The position numbers and the translations under genes are program-made. A stretch of DNA of 64,000 nucleotides from an uncultured Candidatus Saccharibacteria bacterium (GTDB taxonomy: Bacteria; Patescibacteriota; Minisyncoccia; Phycocordibacterales; UBA918): NCBI GenBank assembly GCA_964469295.1, contig CAYXYJ010000006.1, positions 4,682 through 68,681 of the forward strand. Direction: 5' to 3'. The notes under the pieces are model-generated. The model did no database searches. It was not told the DNA's origin and was given only the letters and a program-made list of their open reading frames with translations. Each line of letters opens with the position of its first letter. Within the stretch, counting starts at the first letter, position 1. Shown here piece after piece: positions 38,566 to 47,420 of this stretch.

Positions 38566-39843
38566 ATGCAAACCTTTCTTCGCAAACTGCACATTATCTT
38601 TACCGACGAGACTATTCGTAACCGTGTACTCTTTGTCTTTGGAGCTATTGTCATCTTTCGCTTGCTCGCAGCGATACCAATTCCTGGTGTTGACCAAGCA
38701 GTATTGCAGCAGTTTTTTGCGAATAATCAATTTCTCGGTCTTCTCAACATCTTTTCTGGTGGCGGGTTATCTAATTTGTCGATTGTTATGCTTGGAGTTG
38801 GGCCGTTTATTACGGCCTCGATTATCATGCAGCTCATGACCGTGATGTCTCCCCAAATGAAGTCTCTTTACACAGAAGAGGGTGAGGCTGGGCGCGCTAA
38901 ATTTACTCAAATTAGTCGCCTGTTGTCGTTGCCACTCGCGATTCTACAAGGGTTTGGCTTCCTCATGTTGCTCGAAAGTCAAGGAGTAGTCGTTCATTTG
39001 ACTACCTTTGATTTCGCGCTCAATGTGATTTTGGTGGTGGCTGGGGCAACGCTTCTCATGTGGGTAGGTGAATTGGTGACCGAATATGGTATTGGTAACG
39101 GCGTATCAATGATTATCTTTGCCGGTATTCTTTCGGGATTGCCAGCGACGATCAGTCAATTGATTTTCAGTTTTGACGCTGCCCAATTACCACTATATAT
39201 TGGTTTCCTATTCCTTACTCTTGGGGTGATGTATGCCGTAGTAGTGATGACTGAAGCCGAGCGAGTGGTGCCAATCACTCACGCTAAACAAAGTCGTGGA
39301 AATCTGATGCTCACCACAGCTGGTAATAATTCATATTTGCCACTGCGCCTTAATCAAGCTGGAGTTATTCCCATCATCTTTGCGCTATCAATTCTCTTAT
39401 TCCCACAAATGGTATTGAATATCTTGTCAGGATTTGGAATTGGTTGGGTAGTGACCGCAAATGATCTGGTGACACGGTTTATGAATAATCCGATATGGTA
39501 CGGTGGAACGTATTTTGTGTTGGTATTCTTCTTCACTTTCTTCTATACGGCAGTGACGTTTGATCCGGATGCTATTGCGAAAAACCTTCAACGAAATGGA
39601 GCCTTTATTCCAGGTATTCGTCCCGGTGATCACACCGCCGAATATCTTGGTAATCTCATTACCCGATTGACTCTTGTCGGCGCTGGATTCTTGGCAGTGA
39701 TTGCGGTGTTACCGATTGGTTTACAACAGGCGACTGGTATTGCAGCGCTTGCTATTGGTGGTACGGCAGTACTCATTATTGTGAACGTGGTACTTGACCT
39801 CATTCGACGACTCGACACACAAACATCGCTTCGTGAGTACTAA
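38566..39843 (+). CDS. secY: preprotein translocase subunit SecY
   Basis: 425 aa, 10-TM pattern, ...GVGPFITASIIMQLM... Confidence 0.92.
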   Translation: MQTFLRKLHIIFTDETIRNRVLFVFGAIVIFRLLAAIPIPGVDQAVLQQFFANNQFLGLLNIFSGGGLSNLSIVMLGVGPFITASIIMQLMTVMSPQMKSLYTEEGEAGRAKFTQISRLLSLPLAILQGFGFLMLLESQGVVVHLTTFDFALNVILVVAGATLLMWVGELVTEYGIGNGVSMIIFAGILSGLPATISQLIFSFDAAQLPLYIGFLFLTLGVMYAVVVMTEAERVVPITHAKQSRGNLMLTTAGNNSYLPLRLNQAGVIPIIFALSILLFPQMVLNILSGFGIGWVVTANDLVTRFMNNPIWYGGTYFVLVFFFTFFYTAVTFDPDAIAKNLQRNGAFIPGIRPGDHTAEYLGNLITRLTLVGAGFLAVIAVLPIGLQQATGIAALAIGGTAVLIIVNVVLDLIRRLDTQTSLREY

Positions 39844-39965
39844 TTTCGCACTCTGCTTTGTCGCAACTGCAATTTTGTTAGTCGCCGTATATTGAATACG
39901 TCTTCTTCAAAAATCTTTTTGCTTCGTGCATAGTATCGAAATTACTACCGCTAAGAAACATTAGG

Positions 39966-40003
39966 GAAAACACAAAAGACCCCGCGGGGTCTTTTGTGTT
40001 TTC
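39966..40003. terminator. bidirectional terminator (18-bp stem)
   Basis: gaaaacacaaaagacccc gc ggggtcttttgtgttttc. Confidence 0.7.
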
Positions 40004-40007
40004 CATT

Positions 40008-40640
40008 CTAATACTGATTCTTAAATGAATACCCGGCTGGAATGGCGCTCCATTCCTGTTTCCATACTTCAGTGACCAGCCATCGCCGGTAATTGTCGTA
40101 GACGGTTAACGCAACGGTTTGGGGTGAGTGTCTTGACGTATCAATGATTAAATCAAAATGCGCTAAATCGTAAGGATCAACGTGGTACATATGGCGAAAT
40201 CGCTGTCGCTCTTCCTCCATGCGGGTACGTACTTGTTCGGTGACGTTGGCGAGGGAACTTGTCCCTTCACCCGCGCCACTGCGAGCGGTATTGGTCACTG
40301 CGTCAGTGTAGATACGGGCGGTGGCGACTTCGATATCCAAATCGAGATAGACTTTAAATGATTCGGGAATCCAATAAAATCCTAGTCGAGAATCAACCAC
40401 AATGTCCTTTTTGGTACGTAAGTCACGCAGTCGTTCATCGACTGCTTCATCTAACGCTTGATCGCTGTTAGCGCGTGCATTGTATTCTGATAACGACATA
40501 CCGCTTTTGGCGAGAATTTGTCGTACCATATCACCCGAAGAATGGCGGGTATACGACAACATTTCGGCGACCTTGTCAGCCGTTGATGATTTGCCACTAC
40601 CGGGTTTGCCGGAAATGGTAATGATATGTTTGCGCTGCAT
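40008..40640 (-). CDS. P-loop NMP kinase, cytidylate-kinase-like
   Basis: ITISGKPGSGKSST P-loop and VVDSRLGFYWIP block resemble Cmk / AAA-family (d)NMP kinases. Confidence 0.6.
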   Translation of the reverse strand: MQRKHIITISGKPGSGKSSTADKVAEMLSYTRHSSGDMVRQILAKSGMSLSEYNARANSDQALDEAVDERLRDLRTKKDIVVDSRLGFYWIPESFKVYLDLDIEVATARIYTDAVTNTARSGAGEGTSSLANVTEQVRTRMEEERQRFRHMYHVDPYDLAHFDLIIDTSRHSPQTVALTVYDNYRRWLVTEVWKQEWSAIPAGYSFKNQY

Positions 40641-40704
40641 ACAGGCATCATATCATGATTATTCGTTGATTGCAGAATACAGAAAAAATTGTTACCGTTG
40701 TGGC

Positions 40705-41277
40705 ATGATAGCACCGACAAAATATAAAAGTATTGTCTTGATGGGAAAAATTTGTTCAGGTAAGGGTACCCAAGCCCATTTAATTTTGGAACAGTTTGGA
40801 GGCGTACAATATTCTAACGGAAATAAAGTACGCGAAGCAGCCACTTGGCCAACTGTGTTTGGTGCAAAAATGAAAGCGATGTATGAAAATGGTTTATTAA
40901 TGCCTGAATGGATCGCTTCGTATTGGATGACGGGTGCTCTGGTAAATCAACCAGAAACCGAATGTATCATTTTTGAAGCAGTAGCCAAAAAACCTAATGA
41001 AGCAGAGTTGTTTCATGAAATCCACCAATGGATTGATCGACCATATATTGTCTTTAATTTACATATAAGTGATGAAGTGGTGAGATCGCGGAGTGCGATG
41101 CGTGCTCGAGATGCGGTTGATTCGCCCAAATCGGTGGAAAGACGGTTGGAGGAATATTATACGTACACTGCCAAATCAATTGAATTTTTTCGGGAAAAGG
41201 GAACCTTAATTGACATTGATGGTTCGGTCGCTGTACCCGAAATTCAGGCGCACATTTTTAATGTATTACAATCGTAA
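40705..41277 (+). CDS. adenylate-kinase-family paralog (divergent; lacks the DGFPRT motif)
   Basis: SIVLMGKICSGKGTQAHLILEQFGG P-loop in ADK format; start at ATG 40705 inside the 40480 ORF (upstream part overlaps the minus-strand kinase). Confidence 0.55.
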   Translation: MIAPTKYKSIVLMGKICSGKGTQAHLILEQFGGVQYSNGNKVREAATWPTVFGAKMKAMYENGLLMPEWIASYWMTGALVNQPETECIIFEAVAKKPNEAELFHEIHQWIDRPYIVFNLHISDEVVRSRSAMRARDAVDSPKSVERRLEEYYTYTAKSIEFFREKGTLIDIDGSVAVPEIQAHIFNVLQS

Positions 41278-41280
41278 AAT

Positions 41281-41874
41281 ATGGATAGCAAAACAATCAT
41301 TTTTATTGGTCCGCAAGGCAGTGGGAAAGGAACTCAAATTGAAAAATTAAAAGAGGTGCTAGAGGCATCTGATCGCCGTCGTGTTGTTGATATTCAAACG
41401 GGGCGACGATTTCGAGCACTCGCTGCTACTCAAGAAACCTTTGCTGAGGATAAAATCGCTGCGACGTTGCAAACGGGTATTCTGCAACCCGATTTTATTA
41501 CCACCGTGTTGTGGGGCCGAGCCATGCTTGACCAACTTGATGATAAAAGCCATCTCCTCATTGATGGATTTCCGCGTACAGTCAAGCAAATTCCCGATCT
41601 TGACGACGCGTTTCGTTTTTTTGATCGAGGGGTAGTTGAAGTTATTAATTTGGTAACGCCAGAACTTGTGGTGCGGTCACGAATGGAAAATCGTGCACGG
41701 CAAGATGATACGGCTGATTCAATTGAAGAACGATTGCGTTGGTATCGTGAAGAAACCTTGCCAGTAATTGATTATTATCGTCATCGTCCCAATACGATGG
41801 TCCACGATATTGACGGGACTCTTTCGATTGATGATGTCCACCAGGCTATTGTCACGGTTCTTAAAGTAGGGTAA
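41281..41874 (+). CDS. adk: adenylate kinase
   Basis: IIFIGPQGSGKGTQ, LLIDGFPRTVKQ, short-LID type; 3 nt after the paralog. Confidence 0.85.
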   Translation: MDSKTIIFIGPQGSGKGTQIEKLKEVLEASDRRRVVDIQTGRRFRALAATQETFAEDKIAATLQTGILQPDFITTVLWGRAMLDQLDDKSHLLIDGFPRTVKQIPDLDDAFRFFDRGVVEVINLVTPELVVRSRMENRARQDDTADSIEERLRWYREETLPVIDYYRHRPNTMVHDIDGTLSIDDVHQAIVTVLKVG

Positions 41875-41892
41875 GGTAGCCTTAATTATAGT

Positions 41893-42669
41893 ATGGCCAT
41901 CACTAAAAAAACTGCCGCCGATATTGCGGTGCTTCGCGAAGCGGGGGCGATTTTGGCTCGAATATTAAAACAATTAGGTGATGCGGCGGTGTCTGGGGTT
42001 TCAACCTTGGAACTAGATGATTTGGCAATGACAATGACCGAAGAGTACGGGGTGGAACCGGTGTTGCTTGGCTACCATCCCACGTTTGCCCCGATGCCGT
42101 ATCCCGCCGCCGTGTGTATTTCAGTAAATGATTGTGTGCAACATGGTATTCCGTCCGCTGACGTGATGTTGAAAGAAGGTGATGTGGTTAATATTGATAT
42201 GTCTATTGGTTACAAAGGCATGATAGTTGACTCGGGGATTACCGTTGGTGTGGGGGAAATTTCCAAAGAAGCGTCATCCCTGATTGCCTGTACCCGTGAG
42301 GCGCTTGCTCATGCGATCAAAGCCGCCAAACCTGGCAATCATATTGGTGACATTAGTCACGTAATTGAGGAGTTTGTAAAAAGTCGAGGTATGAATCCGG
42401 TTGAAGTATTGTGCGGTCATGGGGTGGGGTATGCCATTCACGAAGAACCATTAATTCCAAACGTTGGTAAAGCCGGTACCGGGGAGAAAATAGAGGTAGG
42501 GCATGTATACGCGATAGAACCGATTGTGAATTTGGGCAAAGCCGATGTGTATTTTGATGACGAAGGCGATGGATACAGTGTGTATACGACCGATGGATCA
42601 TGGAGTGCGCATTTTGAACATACGGTGGTGGTGACTGAGCATGGCGCGGAAATACTAACAAAATTATAA
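41893..42669 (+). CDS. map: methionine aminopeptidase type I
   Basis: 258 aa; M24 pita-bread metal ligands (D..D..H..E..E pattern), canonical position after adk. Confidence 0.9.
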   Translation: MAITKKTAADIAVLREAGAILARILKQLGDAAVSGVSTLELDDLAMTMTEEYGVEPVLLGYHPTFAPMPYPAAVCISVNDCVQHGIPSADVMLKEGDVVNIDMSIGYKGMIVDSGITVGVGEISKEASSLIACTREALAHAIKAAKPGNHIGDISHVIEEFVKSRGMNPVEVLCGHGVGYAIHEEPLIPNVGKAGTGEKIEVGHVYAIEPIVNLGKADVYFDDEGDGYSVYTTDGSWSAHFEHTVVVTEHGAEILTKL

Positions 42670-42686
42670 GCAGTCATGGGGTCCCA

Positions 42687-42736
42687 AAAAGGCCGCCGAA
42701 GAATTGGTCGCAACCAATTCTTCGGCGGCCTTTTCT
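42687..42736 (+). terminator. intrinsic terminator (22-bp perfect stem) after map
   Basis: aaaaggccgccgaagaattggt cgca accaattcttcggcggcctttt. Confidence 0.8.
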
Positions 42737-42934
42737 TCTGCTCATTTGTATAATTTTTGCTCCCCTGTATGATAGGTGTGTTGGAAGTCCGGCTGTTGTC
42801 CCCCTGTTGGGCCTCTAACACATATCCCTGTTGGACTTGGCCGCGCGTTACGTGTCATCATGACAAACGCGTGGCTCTTTTTATTTTCTGGTTTCTGTGC
42901 TACAGTTTTAGCGTTATTTTATAATCTTTTCGCT

Positions 42935-43537
42935 ATGAAACCTCCACACCAAGAACGCACCTTTGTTATTCTAAAGCCTGATACGGTCCAACGTTCACTG
43001 ATGGGTGAAGTAATCCGCCGTTTTGAACAAACCGGGCTCAAATGTACCGCAATGAAGATGTTTGTGGCTGACGAAGCGCGTTTATTTCAACATTACAACA
43101 AAGATGAAGCTTGGTTTTTGAAAAAGGGTAATGGGATTATCGAGAATCTCAAAGCCGCCGGAAAGTCAGTCGAAAAAGAAGCGATTGAGTATGGCAAAGA
43201 CATCATTCGTGCCAATGCCAAATACATGAGCGCCGCACCAGTAGTGGCCATGGTGTGGGAAGGAAATCAGGCAGTGGCCGTCATTAAAAAGCTCGTTGGT
43301 TCAACGGAACCGGCAACCTCTGATGTTGGTACGATTCGTGGCGATTACACCATTGATTCATATGCACATTCGGCATATGAAGATCGGGCGGTTCGCAATT
43401 TGATTCATTGTTCTGATGCTCCGGAAGAAGCCGAACGAGAAATTGCATTATGGTTGACTGATGCTGAAATCATGAATTACATTACTGCCCAAGAACGCAT
43501 CATGTATGATGTAAATATGGATGGGTTGGGAGAATAA
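42935..43537 (+). CDS. ndk: nucleoside diphosphate kinase (long variant with internal insertion)
   Basis: ERTFVILKPDTVQRSLMGEVIRRFE...NLIHCSD (active-site His); start ATG 42935 (alternative 42860 would add an N-terminal hydrophobic segment). Confidence 0.75.
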   Translation: MKPPHQERTFVILKPDTVQRSLMGEVIRRFEQTGLKCTAMKMFVADEARLFQHYNKDEAWFLKKGNGIIENLKAAGKSVEKEAIEYGKDIIRANAKYMSAAPVVAMVWEGNQAVAVIKKLVGSTEPATSDVGTIRGDYTIDSYAHSAYEDRAVRNLIHCSDAPEEAEREIALWLTDAEIMNYITAQERIMYDVNMDGLGE

Positions 43538-43550
43538 GTAGTAAACAATA

Positions 43551-43588
43551 AAAAGTCGCCGGCCACTTTAGGGGCCGGCGACTTTTTG
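43551..43588 (+). terminator. intrinsic terminator after ndk
   Basis: aaaagtcgccggcc ... ggccggcgactttt. Confidence 0.7.
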
Positions 43589-43803
43589 CTATACTTTAGT
43601 GGGGACGGCATCACGTATGTTCCGGTTATATAACACGCAGGGTTGCCTGTAGTCGCGAGGAGTAATGAGAATTCGCAAGAAATTTCAGACACGAATCGGA
43701 AAGGGTGCCCACCTAGAATTATTCTAGGAGCATGCGTCTGTCGTTCCCACGAAAAAATGCCTCATGAGGCATTTTTTCGTGTGAGTGGACATGGTAGCAT
43801 AGA

Positions 43804-44181
43804 GTGATGCGAAGTATCTATATCATTACTGTTGTGTATGGATTGCAGTTTGCGCTCCTTCATGTATTAGCAGAATTCTTTGAATTGTACTGGCGGTACG
43901 AGTGGCTGGATATTCCCATGCATATTTTTGGCGGTATTTTATTGATGCTTATTATTGGTTCGTTGATTACAATGCGTATACTCCCGTATCGCTTTTTTGA
44001 GACGTGGCGTTTACCACTCGTATTAGCCCTAGTATTAGGGGGATGGGAACTCTTTGGTATTATGCGGTACAGTGGTTTAAAATCTGGATTTTGGTTTGAT
44101 ACTTCACTTGATTTACTGTGTGGTACAGTTGGTCTTGCCTTGGGGCATAGTATTGTTACTTCTTTACGAAAGGTAGGATAA
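43804..44181 (+). CDS. small polytopic membrane protein (125 aa), hypothetical
   Basis: four predicted TM helices; no family recognised. Confidence 0.45.
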   Translation: MMRSIYIITVVYGLQFALLHVLAEFFELYWRYEWLDIPMHIFGGILLMLIIGSLITMRILPYRFFETWRLPLVLALVLGGWELFGIMRYSGLKSGFWFDTSLDLLCGTVGLALGHSIVTSLRKVG

Positions 44182-44186
44182 ATTTT

Positions 44187-45557
44187 ATGAAAAGTATTTT
44201 GGGATTTTATGGTGGAGTAGGGAGTGTAACCGGAGCGAATTTTATGCTTGATACCGGCGGGGCAGCCTTTCTTCTTGATTGTGGCCTGGTACAAGGCGAT
44301 CGGTTTGTGTCTAGCAAAAATGGTGATCCCTTTGTGTATGATCCCGCGCACGCTGATGTGCTATTGGTGACGCACGCGCACGCCGATCATATTGGGCGAA
44401 TTCCAAAATTGGTGAAAGATGGCTTCATCGGTACAATCTATTCGACTCATCCCACCAAAGATTTAGCGGCGGTAATGTTGCGCGATGCTTTAAAGGTGAT
44501 GGAGTACGAGCATGAACGCTACGGGTACGCGATCATTTACGATGGAACCGATATTGATACAGCGCTATCATTGTGGCGCACGGTTGATTACCATGAAACG
44601 ATAGCCTTACCAGATGGCGTGAGTGCATATTATAGTGATGCCGGACATATTTTGGGATCGGGTATGGTACATCTGGAACGAAACGGTAAAAAGATTGTCT
44701 TTACAGGGGATATTGGGAATGTTCCGCAACCATTACTCCAAGCGCCAGAAATTCCAACCGGTTACGATTATCTGGTCATGGAAAGCGTGTATGGTGATCG
44801 AGTCCATGAACAAGTTGAAGAGCGGACTGAATTATTAAAACACCATATTCTAGAAACCGTACAAAAAAATGGCACATTAATCATTCCGGCGTTCTCTTTG
44901 GAACGGACTCAGGGAATGTTACTCGAGATTAATAATCTGGTCGAAACCAAACAAATCCCCACTATCCCGGTATTTCTCGATTCACCACTGGCGATTACGG
45001 TCACCGATATTTATCGCCGTTACACTAGCTATTTGTCACCAGCAATCCAAGCGCAAATTACTAGCGGCGATGACATTTTTAATTTTGGCGGATTATCGTT
45101 TACCAAAACTGTAAAAGAATCGTATGAGATTGACGAAATAAAGGGTGTAAAAATTATTATTGCAGGATCAGGAATGAGTCACGGCGGCCGAATTCAGCGA
45201 CACGAACAACAGTATCTCGATGATCCCAAAACCACGGTTCTGCTAGTTGGTTATCAAGCGACCGGGAGTATTGGCCGGATTCTCCAGGACGGTGCCAAGA
45301 AAGTAACAATTGACGGCAAAGTCGTGAAGGTAAAAGCGCGTATCGCTCGCATTGCGGGGTATTCTGGTCATGCTGATCGCGATCAGTTGGTGAATCTGGT
45401 CGCTTCTGGCGCGGAAACGCCAGAAGCAATCAAGCAAATATTTGTCGTCATGGGTGAGGAGCGATCGTCGCTGTTTCTGACGCAACGATTACGCGAATAT
45501 TTGGGCGTACGCGCGGTAGCGCCGGATGAAAATGAAGAGGTAGAGATAGATTTTTAG
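44187..45557 (+). CDS. MBL-fold beta-CASP ribonuclease (RNase J / CPSF-like)
   Basis: 456 aa; LVTHAHADHIGRIP (HxHxDH), downstream beta-CASP region and C-terminal RNA-metabolising MBL domain signature. Confidence 0.75.
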   Translation: MKSILGFYGGVGSVTGANFMLDTGGAAFLLDCGLVQGDRFVSSKNGDPFVYDPAHADVLLVTHAHADHIGRIPKLVKDGFIGTIYSTHPTKDLAAVMLRDALKVMEYEHERYGYAIIYDGTDIDTALSLWRTVDYHETIALPDGVSAYYSDAGHILGSGMVHLERNGKKIVFTGDIGNVPQPLLQAPEIPTGYDYLVMESVYGDRVHEQVEERTELLKHHILETVQKNGTLIIPAFSLERTQGMLLEINNLVETKQIPTIPVFLDSPLAITVTDIYRRYTSYLSPAIQAQITSGDDIFNFGGLSFTKTVKESYEIDEIKGVKIIIAGSGMSHGGRIQRHEQQYLDDPKTTVLLVGYQATGSIGRILQDGAKKVTIDGKVVKVKARIARIAGYSGHADRDQLVNLVASGAETPEAIKQIFVVMGEERSSLFLTQRLREYLGVRAVAPDENEEVEIDF

Positions 45558-45560
45558 AAC

Positions 45561-45598
45561 AACAAAAGCCCCGCGCCGTAGGCGCGGGGCTTTTGTTC
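45561..45598. terminator. bidirectional terminator between RNase(+) and rplT(-)
   Basis: aacaaaagccccgcgcc gta ggcgcggggcttttgtt. Confidence 0.75.
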
Positions 45599-45599
45599 G

Positions 45600-45944
45600 T
45601 TACTTCACTGCTTCAACCACTCGTTTGAAAGCATCTGGTCGTTCGGCGGCCAAAGTGGCGAGTACCTTACGATCGAGCTTAATCCCTTTTGTATTCATCA
45701 GATTGATGAAGCGACTGTATTTGATATCAAAGGTAGCAAGGGCAGCGTTGATACGGACAGTCCAGAGACGACGAAAGTCGTTCTTTTTGTCTTTGCGGTG
45801 GGCAAAGGCATGGAGTTGCGCATGGTAGATTGCTTCTTTGGCAACTCGCTTTTTCTTGGAGCGTTGGAGACGGTAGCCTTTTACTTGATCAAGGATATTG
45901 CGCCGCCGCTTTTGGGCCATAAGGCCTCCTTTAACACGAGACAT
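45600..45944 (-). CDS. rplT: 50S ribosomal protein L20
   Basis: 114 aa, MSRVKGGLMAQKRRRNILDQVKGYRL... Confidence 0.9.
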   Translation of the reverse strand: MSRVKGGLMAQKRRRNILDQVKGYRLQRSKKKRVAKEAIYHAQLHAFAHRKDKKNDFRRLWTVRINAALATFDIKYSRFINLMNTKGIKLDRKVLATLAAERPDAFKRVVEAVK

Positions 45945-45945
45945 A

Positions 45946-46164
45946 TTATTTGGTGATAGTTTCGATTATTGTCTTGGCGCCCATTCCTGGGAGGAAACGA
46001 CGACTAATGCGCTTGCTAAAGTTAAGGAGCTGGGTGCGCTTGCGACGAAGTCGTTGCTGGCCAGTTTGGCGGGCGTTAAAGTGGTTTTGTCCAGGTTTAC
46101 GGGCAACAACTTTGCCGTTTTTGGTCACTTTGACACGCTTCGTGAATGATTTGTTCGTTTTCAT
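45946..46164 (-). CDS. rpmI: 50S ribosomal protein L35
   Basis: MKTNKSFTKRVKVTKNGKVVARKPGQNHFNA...; internal start of the 45946-46266 ORF. Confidence 0.8.
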   Translation of the reverse strand: MKTNKSFTKRVKVTKNGKVVARKPGQNHFNARQTGQQRLRRKRTQLLNFSKRISRRFLPGMGAKTIIETITK

Positions 46165-46327
46165 CCCGTAAGAAATTAGGTTGCTAATGAAAGATAATTG
46201 ATCGGGTTGCCAAAAAGGGAATTGGCAAGGTGGGAGAAATATACCGTACTTTGCGGAAAATATCAATAGGATTGCCGTTAGGGAAACAAACAGCCGCCAG
46301 GGGCCATGGCCCCTGGCGGCTGTTTGT

Positions 46328-47050
46328 TTAAATCAACCCACCGGCTAGTAATTCATCCAAATCTTTCTTTTTGTTCTTTTGTGGTTGAACGGCTGCTTTC
46401 TTCGTTTCAACGATAGGTTTGGCGGCATCTTTTAGTTTTTGTACTTTTGTTCCCGGCATTCGTTCGAGCGTCGTGGTGTAGCCCTTGGGACTTTTTTTCA
46501 CCTCGTCGGCTATTTTATACTCGGTAGGGATAATTTTGAGAAAACGATCTAGCCGTTCTTTCAAAAAGGCAGGTTCCATGTATTTATAGCGACCCCAAAG
46601 GAAGAGATCAACTTTAACCCGGTGACCCTCTTCGAGCCACTCAGCCACTCGACTGGCTTTGAGTAATTGATCGTTATCACCAGTGCCAATTTTTACCTGG
46701 ACACTCTTGGTTTCGGTGACATGTGATTTCGCCTTCATTTCACTGGCTTTGCGACCGCTGTCGTAACGGAATTTTCCGTAGTCCATGATTTTCGCAACGG
46801 GAGGGTTGGCGTTTGGACTAATTTCAATAAGGTCGAGATTCAATTCATCAGCCTTAGTCAAGGCATCAGCAACCGACAGTACACCAAAATTTTCACCCTC
46901 TGGACCAACGACACGTAACTCTTTCGCCTTAATGGCGTGATTAATGCGGGTTTTTACTTTAGGGGTGTATGGACTTTTGTTTGGTTGCAAATTATTTTGG
47001 CTTAAGAGGTAAACGTCACGTCTGGGCAGTGTGGAGTTAATTAATCCCAA
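46328..47050 (-). CDS. infC: translation initiation factor IF-3 (non-ATG start; exact start uncertain)
   Basis: ...RINHAIKAKELRVVGPEGENFGVLSVADALTKADELNLDLIEISPNANPPVAKIMDYGKFRY...; ORF-track start is TTG; IF-3 classically uses AUU/AUA. Confidence 0.85.
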   Translation of the reverse strand: MGLINSTLPRRDVYLLSQNNLQPNKSPYTPKVKTRINHAIKAKELRVVGPEGENFGVLSVADALTKADELNLDLIEISPNANPPVAKIMDYGKFRYDSGRKASEMKAKSHVTETKSVQVKIGTGDNDQLLKASRVAEWLEEGHRVKVDLFLWGRYKYMEPAFLKERLDRFLKIIPTEYKIADEVKKSPKGYTTTLERMPGTKVQKLKDAAKPIVETKKAAVQPQKNKKKDLDELLAGGLI

Positions 47051-47420
47051 TTCGTAGCGGAACTATACCATAAAAGGGTTTTGTTGCAATCAAGATTAAA
47101 TCGTTAAATATGAAAAGGCGCGCTGGCGCGCGCCTTTCGGTTCCCTAGTTGGAATTCATACCTTCATCGGCAACGGTCTGTCTTCCTCAGTTTCGTCGTA
47201 CCGCGGATCGGCTCCCGGCCGTCGTTGGGCATAATGCGCTCCAGGGGCACTGACTCCTCCCCAGGTAGAACATCCTGTCCTCTACCCGACTGACGAATCC
47301 CTCCCCACGGGAACCGACTTATCTACGTCTGTCATTTTTCTTCTCACCTTGTTTTCTGCCTACCCCCACAATAGGAGTGGCAATCAGTTCACTGTATACC
47401 GGCTGTGGTACGTCGTCAAC
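47051..47420 (-). promoter_or_regulatory. long structured 5' leader of infC-rpmI-rplT with attenuator-like terminator; candidate L20-responsive leader
   Basis: ~370 nt non-coding; on the minus strand the hairpin aaggcgcgcgccagcgcgcctt (47113-47140) is followed by UUUUCAUAUUU ~60 nt before infC. Confidence 0.35.

Noticed and set aside
47140-47420. RNase P RNA or 6S RNA in the infC upstream region
   Set aside because: No P4/P10-12 consensus elements were found. The position and terminator fit an operon leader instead.
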